Assembly (NCBI GenBank): GCA_964527375.1
Contig: CAZGPL010000001.1
Span: 1 to 34,189, forward strand
Direction of reading: 5' to 3'
Origin: an uncultured Candidatus Saccharibacteria bacterium
Lineage (GTDB): Bacteria; Patescibacteriota; WWE3; UBA101185; UBA10185
DNA: 34,189 nucleotides
A program made the translations under genes and the position numbers. The notes under the pieces were generated by a model. The model ran no database searches and had not been told where the DNA came from. It worked only from the letters and a program-made list of their open reading frames with translations. Position 1 is the stretch's first letter. Every line of letters begins with the position of its first letter. Positions 6,722 through 15,218 of the stretch are shown here, in pieces.

Positions 6722-8383
6722 CTATCTTCCGCAACCACAACCCCCCGAAGATTTTTCAGGCGCAGTGTATTTATAAACCTCAATATCATCACCAAGTCTT
6801 AGTTTACTATCGAATTTTACTAATTTCTCAATAAGAGCACTATTTTCTTCTAAAAACGCCCTCTCGTCAAAATTAGGATCGTTAACCACTATCAAAGATT
6901 CAGAAAAATCATCAAATTTTTCTAGACCTTTATTAGATCTAATTCCCATGTGAACAAAAATATCTTTCAAAGCGTTATCATTGTAGATTAATGTTTCCCC
7001 ATAATTGTAATTACTTACCAACCATTGATACAATACATTTTTTGTGTCTCCTCTGTAATACATATAGGAATTTATGAAAGATTTAAAAAATAAAGGAGAT
7101 AAAAATATTCCTAAATACAGATACATTAATAAATTTAGAAACTTTTTGGTTTTTAGATTAACGACGTTATCTTGCAGATATCCCCCAAGAACTTTTAAAA
7201 ACGAGACAACATTAAAACCAAAAATTATTGCCAAATAAGGATAAATAACAAAATAATAATGCGACCTTGTATTCTCAAACCCTGACATATACCATAATAA
7301 AAACAAAGAAACTACATACAGAAAAGTCAAAAATACGTCCTTCTCCTCTATTTTATTTTTAACTATTTTGTAAATAAGATAAAGCAACCCAATAAAAAAT
7401 ACCGGGATTACAACATATCCGGTATCTGCAAGCAATCTCCCGAAACTTTCGGTAAAAAACTTTGCAACATGTTCTGAAAAATTTACGGAACCAACGTTCT
7501 CAAATTGCCAAAAAGCACCCTTACCATACTCCCTACTAGAAAAAGTTTTAAAATCTAACAGAGCGTACGGGGTCCCTACTAAAAATCCCAAAAAGGCAGA
7601 TAAACCTGATAAAAAAAGGGATAATATTCCCTCACGATTCAATAAATTCACCTCTCCCCGAGCTTTTTTTTTATTTCTCAGTTTTTTCTTTTGCCAAAAT
7701 ATTTTTAAAAAATGAGCTGTAGGAACCATCAAAGCAGACAAACCTCCGTTGTATTTAATTGAAGCCGCAAAACCAATAAAAAGTCCGGAAAGAACGTAGT
7801 TTTTCAAATCGTCTTCTTTCAATATCCGAGCCGCAAAATATAATGCCCACGAAAGAAGAAAAGCGGTAGGGATGTCACCAAGAGCATAGTGGGAATGCCA
7901 CATATGGTAGGGCATTATCGCAATAGCAAGAGCCGCCAAAATCCCGGCTTTCCTGCCAAAAAGATTCTTTCCTGCAAGATACACAGGTATTGCAGTTAAA
8001 GCCCCTAGAATGGCAGAAAAACACCTAGTAAGGTAATAGTAGATTAAGTTATCATTCCAAATTAGCGGCATTAATATTTCAAATTTATCTTTTAAACCCG
8101 CTGTTTCAACAAGAGTCCTAAGTCTCGCGAAAATCATATACAAAAAGTAATTAAGGTAGATATAAAGGTGGGGCCAATCAAAATGTCCGGGGTTTGGATC
8201 AAATCTGATTCCAAGGGCAGATCTTATTATAGTAGGCTCATCAGGATGAAAAATGAAAGGAAACCCATGTTTTATTCCAACTAACCTAAGAACCAGACCA
8301 AGAAAAACTATGGAAACCAAACCAACGATGACTGGGAAATCTTCTCGCCACTTTTTATTTTTAGACTTTTTACTCTTTAACAT
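6722..8383 (-). CDS. GT-C-fold membrane glycosyltransferase (PMT_2/ArnT-like, GT39/83-type)
   Basis: 553 aa. Basic N-terminus, TM1, then GFPFIFHPDEPTIIRSA (acidic first-loop motif) and HFDWPHLYIYLNYF. Many TM segments, then a soluble ~100-aa C-terminal domain. Unusual GC-rich tail encoding SSGGCGCGR. ATG at 8383 overlaps the upstream stop by 14 nt. Confidence 0.75.
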   Translation of the reverse strand: MLKSKKSKNKKWREDFPVIVGLVSIVFLGLVLRLVGIKHGFPFIFHPDEPTIIRSALGIRFDPNPGHFDWPHLYIYLNYFLYMIFARLRTLVETAGLKDKFEILMPLIWNDNLIYYYLTRCFSAILGALTAIPVYLAGKNLFGRKAGILAALAIAIMPYHMWHSHYALGDIPTAFLLSWALYFAARILKEDDLKNYVLSGLFIGFAASIKYNGGLSALMVPTAHFLKIFWQKKKLRNKKKARGEVNLLNREGILSLFLSGLSAFLGFLVGTPYALLDFKTFSSREYGKGAFWQFENVGSVNFSEHVAKFFTESFGRLLADTGYVVIPVFFIGLLYLIYKIVKNKIEEKDVFLTFLYVVSLFLLWYMSGFENTRSHYYFVIYPYLAIIFGFNVVSFLKVLGGYLQDNVVNLKTKKFLNLLMYLYLGIFLSPLFFKSFINSYMYYRGDTKNVLYQWLVSNYNYGETLIYNDNALKDIFVHMGIRSNKGLEKFDDFSESLIVVNDPNFDERAFLEENSALIEKLVKFDSKLRLGDDIEVYKYTAPEKSSGGCGCGR

Positions 8384-10016
8384 CTTTTGTTTCTTTCAAA
8401 TCAACTTTGGTATAAATTCTCCAATACTCCAAACCATTTATCCATACAGAGTAATCTTTTTCAAATTTATAATCATTATTTTTTAAAACCTTTTCCGGCA
8501 TCTCTTCGTTCATAGTAAGAACTAAAAGATCATAGCTACTCGGACCATATACTCTAACGTCAAATATTTTGGAATTTGGATATATTGCTCTTATAGGTTG
8601 GGTGTCATAAAAACCCAATTTAGGCTCATCTTCGCCACTATCTCTGTACTTTTCTAAAATGACATTTTTAAGCTCTATCACACCCACTCCGAATGATTTC
8701 TGACCAATAATTCCGTTAGCCGTAACAGTACTTCCGAATACCGGGCTTGTGTAGGTAAAATACCATGGAAAAATCTTAAAAATTGGTAAAATTACAAAAA
8801 GCAAAAAGGTTAAAACCAAAATAAATGAGTACAATCTTTTATTTTTTATATAATCCCAAGCCATTTTAAATCCCGAATGCGATAAATAGGCAAAAAGAGG
8901 ATACATAAATATTATGTACCTATCAATTTTCTTAGAGGCTACAGTCATAAATAAGATGTAACCTAAATAAAAAACAACTAAATATAGGCCCAATCCCTGA
9001 AAGCTCTGTTTTATATTTTTTAGTATTTTTATAAAACATACTCTTGATTTTATTTTGAAAAAAATGAACGAAATTATTCCGATGATTGTGAAGGGGGACA
9101 TTTTTAATAGCGTGACCAAAGGATAAAACAGCAAACCTCCGTCCATCTTTTTTTCTCCTAGAAAAACCTGCCTGTGTCCCTCTCTCATACCAACACGCTC
9201 ACCCTCACCAAATATCATCTCAAACAAGTAATACATGGGGTCTTTCCACAGAGCAGGGAAAAATAGGAATGTGAAAAATATAAACGAGACTAAGATAAAA
9301 ATTGACATACGCAGAATTTCTTTTTTGTTATTCTTTTCCTCAATTAAGTGAAAGAAATAGTAAAAAATTACGTAAAAAAGCGCGCCTATACATATACTTT
9401 TGGTAAGAAAAGATAAAGCAAGAAGCAATCCTGTAATTATTGATTTAGAAAACTTCCTATCTCTTAAATTATCAAATGCAAAAATCAATCCTAAAAAAAC
9501 CAATAACGTTGAAAGAACATCCAAATGTAAGATTCTTGAATTTCCAAGAAAAAACGGTTCAAATGAAATAAGTGAAACCACTAGAAAACTTTTATAAAAA
9601 CCGGTAAGTTTGGAAAGGAAATATATCACTAAAATTGAAAGGGCTAGTTGTACAAAAACAAGTGTGCCTTTTGCTACCAAGTCAAAGGTCTGATACGTAT
9701 CGGAATTATAGACAGTGATACCTGAAAGCTGTTTAAAAATTTCAACGGAAGAACCTACAATCCACATTAGAGTTACTCCCGGGTGATAATGTTGATAAGT
9801 CTTTTCAAATTGACCGTATTTTATACCTACAACGAATTGTTCCGATCTACTGTGCCACAAAACTGCGTCAGGGTTTATTACATCATCGGCTAAACGGGGG
9901 AGTCTGGTGGCAATAAATAAAAGGGGGAAAATCACCACCAAAAGAACAGGAAAATATTTCTTTTCCTTTATCTTTCTTAATTTAGATATCAATTTATGAA
10001 TCTTTTCCGAAAGCAT
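8370..10016 (-). CDS. GT-C-fold membrane glycosyltransferase (ArnT/PMT-like), paralog of 4951-6681
   Basis: First-loop RLADDVINPDAVLWHSRS, YHPGVTLMW, EPFFLG..R..HLD, FLTKS, KKIDRYIIF. Polytopic with a soluble C-terminal domain. The longest ORF begins at TTG 10031. ATG 10016 (MLSEKIHKL), preceded by GGGGGT, is preferred. Confidence 0.7.
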   Translation of the reverse strand: MLSEKIHKLISKLRKIKEKKYFPVLLVVIFPLLFIATRLPRLADDVINPDAVLWHSRSEQFVVGIKYGQFEKTYQHYHPGVTLMWIVGSSVEIFKQLSGITVYNSDTYQTFDLVAKGTLVFVQLALSILVIYFLSKLTGFYKSFLVVSLISFEPFFLGNSRILHLDVLSTLLVFLGLIFAFDNLRDRKFSKSIITGLLLALSFLTKSICIGALFYVIFYYFFHLIEEKNNKKEILRMSIFILVSFIFFTFLFFPALWKDPMYYLFEMIFGEGERVGMREGHRQVFLGEKKMDGGLLFYPLVTLLKMSPFTIIGIISFIFFKIKSRVCFIKILKNIKQSFQGLGLYLVVFYLGYILFMTVASKKIDRYIIFMYPLFAYLSHSGFKMAWDYIKNKRLYSFILVLTFLLFVILPIFKIFPWYFTYTSPVFGSTVTANGIIGQKSFGVGVIELKNVILEKYRDSGEDEPKLGFYDTQPIRAIYPNSKIFDVRVYGPSSYDLLVLTMNEEMPEKVLKNNDYKFEKDYSVWINGLEYWRIYTKVDLKETKDVKE

Positions 10017-10899
10017 AAAAAACACCCCCAATCAAACTTATCGCCATCCTTATCATATGATAAATTATTGAAACAGATATTGCGGTTGTTTCCGAAACAC
10101 CTACAAATGAAAACATACTGGCATACAAAGCATCCTGCACTCCTAAACCATTTATAGACGGGATAAAAAATCCTGCTAGAGTAATCACAGGAAAGGCCAT
10201 CAAACAATAAAAAATCGGAAGCTTTATACCAACTGACATAAAAACCAAATATTGAGTGGTGATAGATAAGAACTGTATCAAAAGAGAAGTTACCATAGCA
10301 AATATCAAAACTTTCGGATGATCTTTATAGACGAGCAACGCGTCATATATTTTCTTTAAAAATTTTATTCTTCCACTTAACAATTCCAAAACTTTCATTC
10401 CAATAAAAAATCCTGAGATTACCCATATTAATAAAATAAAAACACCTAAACCTAAATTCTTGCTTAAACTAAATAAACCTATGAAAAAAAGCATTAAAAT
10501 ACCGGAAAATCTCTCAGTAAAAACAGATGAAAAACCTGTTGCCTGATCATCTATCTTTTTTCCCAATCTGTACATTTTATAAACATCACCGCCTATGCTT
10601 GTAGGCATAAAATTATTGAAGAAAGCACCTATAAAATAGAGCTTAAAAAGATAAAATCTAGATACTTTGTGAGAATTTTCATGGATAAGGAGTGATTTCC
10701 ATCTAAAAGAACTGATAATGTAGTGAACAATGATTGTCAAAAAGATAAGAGGAATAAATCTCCAATCCAATATTTTGAAATTATTAACTAGTTCTTCTTT
10801 ATCTACTTTTTTAGCAAATAGGTAGATTATTAAACCTAAACTGACTGCTATTTTTAAGAGTGTTTTTAACAATTCTTTTGTTTTTGATTTTTCTTTCAT
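9994..10899 (-). CDS. UPF0104 / lysyl-PG-synthase-TM-region-like 'flippase-like' membrane protein
   Basis: 301 aa, about 8 TM segments. The N-terminus, LLKIAVSLGLIIYLFAKKVDKEELVNNFKILDWRFIPL...SSFRWKSLL, has the characteristic layout of this family, which is commonly found next to GT2 genes. Confidence 0.65.
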   Translation of the reverse strand: MKEKSKTKELLKTLLKIAVSLGLIIYLFAKKVDKEELVNNFKILDWRFIPLIFLTIIVHYIISSFRWKSLLIHENSHKVSRFYLFKLYFIGAFFNNFMPTSIGGDVYKMYRLGKKIDDQATGFSSVFTERFSGILMLFFIGLFSLSKNLGLGVFILLIWVISGFFIGMKVLELLSGRIKFLKKIYDALLVYKDHPKVLIFAMVTSLLIQFLSITTQYLVFMSVGIKLPIFYCLMAFPVITLAGFFIPSINGLGVQDALYASMFSFVGVSETTAISVSIIYHMIRMAISLIGGVFYAFGKDS

Positions 10900-10900
10900 C

Positions 10901-12370
10901 TTAAGATTTCTTTTTTGTTAAAAGTTTAAATTTGCTAAAGACAGACATGATATCATTTTTTGAGAAGAATCCGGCTATGTTAAGAGACCACCACAAAAGC
11001 CCGGCAAAAGGTAGAAATCCCAAAATTTGAACCCAAATATTATCAACATTAGAGAGCCATGCTATAGAAATTCCTTGTACCAAGATAACAACATGGTCGA
11101 TATTCAAAAAAGTAAAATCCATTCTCTTTTTAATCCAGTAATACATGAAATAAAGACAAAGACCGCTACCAAAGACCATAGACCAAGAAACAGCCGGGAG
11201 TAATTCCAAAAAATTGTTTAATACAAAAAAGGATGCGACAGTGCCAATAATTAGAAACAAGTAGCTTCCGACCATACTTTTAGCAAGTTTAGCCGGAATC
11301 ATAACACTCGAGCTTATGATGTTTATAAATGAGTAAATTACAAAGGCAAAAACTATTGGGGCTATTAAGGGAATTGAGCTATCGTATTTATCACCGCCAA
11401 CCAAAATTCTTATCAACAACGGAGCAAGATATGCGGAAAAAGTCCCGATAAAAATAATCAAAGAAAATAATTTATCAAAATTTTTGGTAAATGAGCTTTT
11501 AAATTCTTTAAAATCATTCACGTACTTTTCAGAAAAGACAGGAATATTCACGGTAGTAACGGAGTCGGAAACACTCATAAGTTTTTTTGCGTATAAAATT
11601 GCAAAAGCATAGACAGCCACCACCTCAGCCGAGTTAAAAATTCCAAGAGCGTTGGCCCCCAGCTTCTCCCAATTAGTGTAGAGAATCTTAACTATGTAGA
11701 TTGCAATGCTGATCGAAAAAATTTCCTTGAACAAACGTACAAAGTCTTTTTTACTAGGAAAAGATAATTTTCCTCTCAAGGGTTTGAAAGCTATAACAGC
11801 CAGGGATACTGATGATATGATGTTAAATATCAAAAAGGCATAAAAATATCCTGCGACCTTAAAAAAATACACAAAAGGAATAAATATCAAAATGTTCACA
11901 ACCGAAATGACTACTTGGTAAATAAAAAGGTGCTTAAATCTTTTAGTCCCGGAAATTACTGAATTTAATATTCCCTGAACACCCTGAAACAAAAGGGTTA
12001 TCGCATAAATTTTTAAAGGTAAAATCAAACCCTCGTTGTTGTAAAACCCAACTGCAATTCTTTCAGCCATGAAAAAGAGTCCGATAGAAATAGGTAAAGT
12101 GACACAATACCTAACTACAGTTGAAGTAAAAAAAATCTTAAAAATATCTTCTTCTTTTTTTGCTGAAGATATTTCACGAGTGCTGGCTGAAACAAGACCT
12201 AAATGTTGATATATTCCTAAAGCACCACCGATTGATATGGCAAGCTGAACCAAACCCCATTCTCCGACACTTAATATTCTTATTACAACAAATGTTTCAA
12301 CGATACCAAGCAACATAGCCGCTAACTGAGAAAACATGCTTATTATTTGCCATTTTCCAAGATCTTTCAT
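10901..12370 (-). CDS. MOP-superfamily (Wzx/MurJ-like) flippase
   Basis: 489 aa, about 14 TM segments. ILSVGEWGLVQLAISIGG...ASTREIS is typical of oligosaccharide flippase / polysaccharide biosynthesis proteins. AGGAAG SD lies 9 nt upstream of ATG 12370. Confidence 0.7.
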   Translation of the reverse strand: MKDLGKWQIISMFSQLAAMLLGIVETFVVIRILSVGEWGLVQLAISIGGALGIYQHLGLVSASTREISSAKKEEDIFKIFFTSTVVRYCVTLPISIGLFFMAERIAVGFYNNEGLILPLKIYAITLLFQGVQGILNSVISGTKRFKHLFIYQVVISVVNILIFIPFVYFFKVAGYFYAFLIFNIISSVSLAVIAFKPLRGKLSFPSKKDFVRLFKEIFSISIAIYIVKILYTNWEKLGANALGIFNSAEVVAVYAFAILYAKKLMSVSDSVTTVNIPVFSEKYVNDFKEFKSSFTKNFDKLFSLIIFIGTFSAYLAPLLIRILVGGDKYDSSIPLIAPIVFAFVIYSFINIISSSVMIPAKLAKSMVGSYLFLIIGTVASFFVLNNFLELLPAVSWSMVFGSGLCLYFMYYWIKKRMDFTFLNIDHVVILVQGISIAWLSNVDNIWVQILGFLPFAGLLWWSLNIAGFFSKNDIMSVFSKFKLLTKKKS

Positions 12371-12382
12371 TTTAATATCTTC

Positions 12383-14524
12383 CTAACGAACAACCATGTC
12401 TTTTAAATACATACTTCTCATTTTTATTTTGTTTGAGAGACTTAGGAATAAATGATAATCACCGGGCTCAACATAAGAAGGAAGGGCAATATCAATCTCT
12501 TCTACGTAATAAAGGTTCTTTGTCCAATCCATGGGTCTCAAAACCGCAAAAGAAGGCAAATTTGCCACCTGAAAAATATCTCCGGTCTTTTTGTTTACAT
12601 ACGTCATGTAGATAATAAAACTATCCATCCCATCATTTGTACTTTTTTTATAAACAATCTTTCCCTTGTATAAATTCTCTCGCTCAACATCTCCGGGAAT
12701 TTCAAAATCCACAATTTCCAACAAATCCAAAATACCGAAATCATATTTTTCCTGATATTGATATCTTTCCTGTATAGGAAGAAGACTAGACCTTTCTCGA
12801 GGCTCCCCCTGCTTAAATAAATAAAGGTTACCGCAAGCCATCATAAGATCATACTGCTCAGTAGAAATCAATTTTTCGGTTAAATCTTTTATTATGTTAG
12901 TGTTCAAACCTAAAATAGTAAGGAGTTTTCTGGATTGTACATCTACAATTACATACTCTGCCTCATTCCACAAAGCTGGGAAAATCCCATATGTTTCTCT
13001 CATGCTCATATGGTCACCCAAATTATCCGGACCTGATACCACAGCATCATTCGGAATATTTGAAATAATTGCATCCGCACATTTAGTGTCTTTGATGTCA
13101 AGATCGGGAAGACGTACTATTTCTCCGACTTCAAGTTTAGATAAATCCTTACCGCCTTTATCGTAAACTGCGGATACTCTTCTCATCACAGCCTGGGTAA
13201 ACCAAAGATACATAGGGTTGTTGTATTTAACTGAAGTATCAAAACATGAAAAAAGAACCAAAACCGAAAGAGATATAATGGGTACCTTATTGTATTTTTC
13301 TAATTTTGGAAGCAAGTTTACAAATATTCCTGTCAACAAATTTATGGCGTAAATAGTCGAAACAAAAAGCACGGGTATTATCATTGAGATTCTATGATTT
13401 TCAATATCCTCCACTCCCAAACCACCTTCCGTCACAAGATAATTTATCAAAAAATCAGGGGCAGAAATCAAGAGCATTGCCGGATTTGCTAACGGAAGGA
13501 AGAAAACAGGTCTAAATGTTCTTTCTAAACTTTCCAATCTATCCCCACCGAAAAATACCCTTATTAAGGAATCAGGGTTTTTAATCATGTTAAGCATTAT
13601 CTCTCCGTAAGAACTTCCAAAATCTTCGTACCTACCTAGAAAGTAATTTTCCCTAGTCACGTCGCTCCCGGGCGCTATCTCAACCCCTATAGAATCGAGA
13701 AATCTCTCATAACTTTCAACACGGTAATGGGCATTTCTTGGAATGATAATAAAAAAGGCAGTGATAAACCAGGCAAGACCAAACACAGACATAGCAACAC
13801 CAATTTTTGCGGTTTTTATTTTTATAAAATTTGTAAACCACTCCTTTTTAAACTTAAGACTACCTCCACCGGCAGTTCTGAAAAATAGGATGAAGACTCC
13901 CCACATAAAGATATAGAGAGAAACTTGCTCCTTGCCGGCCATCGTGAGAACCACTAAGACCCAAAAAATAATAAGATTTGTCTTTGTAAATTTTTGCTCT
14001 TTATACATTTTCTCAAAAAGGTAAAACGCTCCAAGGAAAAATGGTATTGCCGCTGTGACGGCGTGAAAACCCATTGTCCCGTTTATAAATCCCATGGAAG
14101 GATAAAGAAGATATGCAAAACTTATCAGACAGGCGGAAAATTTAGACTTTAATTCCAACTCCGCAATCAAATAAATTAAAAAGGAAGAAAATACAACAAT
14201 AAAAAGCTGGGAGATAACTAAAGTCAAAGGGTGGGGAAATATAGCAAAAATAGGGGTAAATAAAGCCAAAAGTGGATCAACATGGCTCATAGACCATCTA
14301 GGAACATTGGAGCCAAAATAATCTGTGAGATACATAAATTTACCGTGGAGGGTGTACCAAACCATTTGAGTCATATTTCCCAAATCAAATTTTCCGAAAT
14401 CGTAGTTGTTATATCTAAAGATATTTAACTTGAGAGCAACTAAGAAATTTATTACGGAAAAAAAGAAAATAGCTAACAAATAAAATTTTTCCTTTATGAA
14501 TTTTTTTATTGATGAATAATTCAT
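12383..14524 (-). CDS. DUF2079-like polytopic membrane protein (putative GT-C-type glycosyltransferase) with a large C-terminal extracytoplasmic domain
   Basis: 713 aa. YDFGKFDLGNMTQMVWYTL...SHVDPLLALFTPIFAIFPHPLTLVISQ resembles the DLGxxxQ / HxxP signature I recall for DUF2079. Membrane domain of about 440 aa, then a soluble domain of about 270 aa. AAGGAAA SD precedes ATG 14524. Confidence 0.65.
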   Translation of the reverse strand: MNYSSIKKFIKEKFYLLAIFFFSVINFLVALKLNIFRYNNYDFGKFDLGNMTQMVWYTLHGKFMYLTDYFGSNVPRWSMSHVDPLLALFTPIFAIFPHPLTLVISQLFIVVFSSFLIYLIAELELKSKFSACLISFAYLLYPSMGFINGTMGFHAVTAAIPFFLGAFYLFEKMYKEQKFTKTNLIIFWVLVVLTMAGKEQVSLYIFMWGVFILFFRTAGGGSLKFKKEWFTNFIKIKTAKIGVAMSVFGLAWFITAFFIIIPRNAHYRVESYERFLDSIGVEIAPGSDVTRENYFLGRYEDFGSSYGEIMLNMIKNPDSLIRVFFGGDRLESLERTFRPVFFLPLANPAMLLISAPDFLINYLVTEGGLGVEDIENHRISMIIPVLFVSTIYAINLLTGIFVNLLPKLEKYNKVPIISLSVLVLFSCFDTSVKYNNPMYLWFTQAVMRRVSAVYDKGGKDLSKLEVGEIVRLPDLDIKDTKCADAIISNIPNDAVVSGPDNLGDHMSMRETYGIFPALWNEAEYVIVDVQSRKLLTILGLNTNIIKDLTEKLISTEQYDLMMACGNLYLFKQGEPRERSSLLPIQERYQYQEKYDFGILDLLEIVDFEIPGDVERENLYKGKIVYKKSTNDGMDSFIIYMTYVNKKTGDIFQVANLPSFAVLRPMDWTKNLYYVEEIDIALPSYVEPGDYHLFLSLSNKIKMRSMYLKDMVVR

Positions 14525-14531
14525 ACTTTCC

Positions 14532-15218
14532 TTAATCGAAAAATCTAAATTTGATGAGTGTGTAAACGGCGTTAAAACCGTCTCGCCAAGTTATCTTCTT
14601 GCCTTCGCTAAAAGCACGGCCTTTATACGATATTGGAACTTCTTTTATTTTAAGCCCGGACTTTAGTATTTTTGCCGTAATTTCAGGCTCAAAATCAAAT
14701 CTTTCTGATTTAATATCCATATTTCTAATAAAATCTCCGGGGACCAGTTTGTAGCAGGTTTCCATATCGGTTAACATAACACCGAAGAAAATATTTGTTA
14801 TTAAAGTTAATATCTTATTACCAAAGTAATGGAGAGTAGACATTTTCTCATAACTCCCGGAAAATCTAGAACCGTAAATTACATCAACCTTTTCTTCTCC
14901 TAAAGCTCTTAACAATTTTTTGTAATCCTGAGGATCGTATTCAAGATCAGCATCCTGAATAATAACGTAATCACCTGTGGTTTCCTTAAAACCAACTTTT
15001 AAAGTGTGACCCTTACCTCTATTTTCACCTTTTATTACTATTTTTATGTCCTGATATTTTTCGCCAATTTTTTTTAGAATATCAACTGTACCGTCAGTGG
15101 AACCGTCGTCAACAACAACAATTTCCTTATCTACACCCTCAACACCGAGCACAAGGTCAACAATCCTTTCGATAGTATTTTTTTCATTATAAACAGGTAT
15201 TACTATTGATAACTTCAT
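14532..15218 (-). CDS. Small GT2 glycosyltransferase, polyprenol-phosphate-sugar-synthase-like (ArnC/GtrB/DPM1 class)
   Basis: 228 aa. LSIVIPVYNEKNTI, VVVDDGSTDGT, IIQDADLEYDP, GSRF, TDMETCYK. ATGA overlap with the upstream GT-C gene. Confidence 0.85.
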   Translation of the reverse strand: MKLSIVIPVYNEKNTIERIVDLVLGVEGVDKEIVVVDDGSTDGTVDILKKIGEKYQDIKIVIKGENRGKGHTLKVGFKETTGDYVIIQDADLEYDPQDYKKLLRALGEEKVDVIYGSRFSGSYEKMSTLHYFGNKILTLITNIFFGVMLTDMETCYKLVPGDFIRNMDIKSERFDFEPEITAKILKSGLKIKEVPISYKGRAFSEGKKITWRDGFNAVYTLIKFRFFD

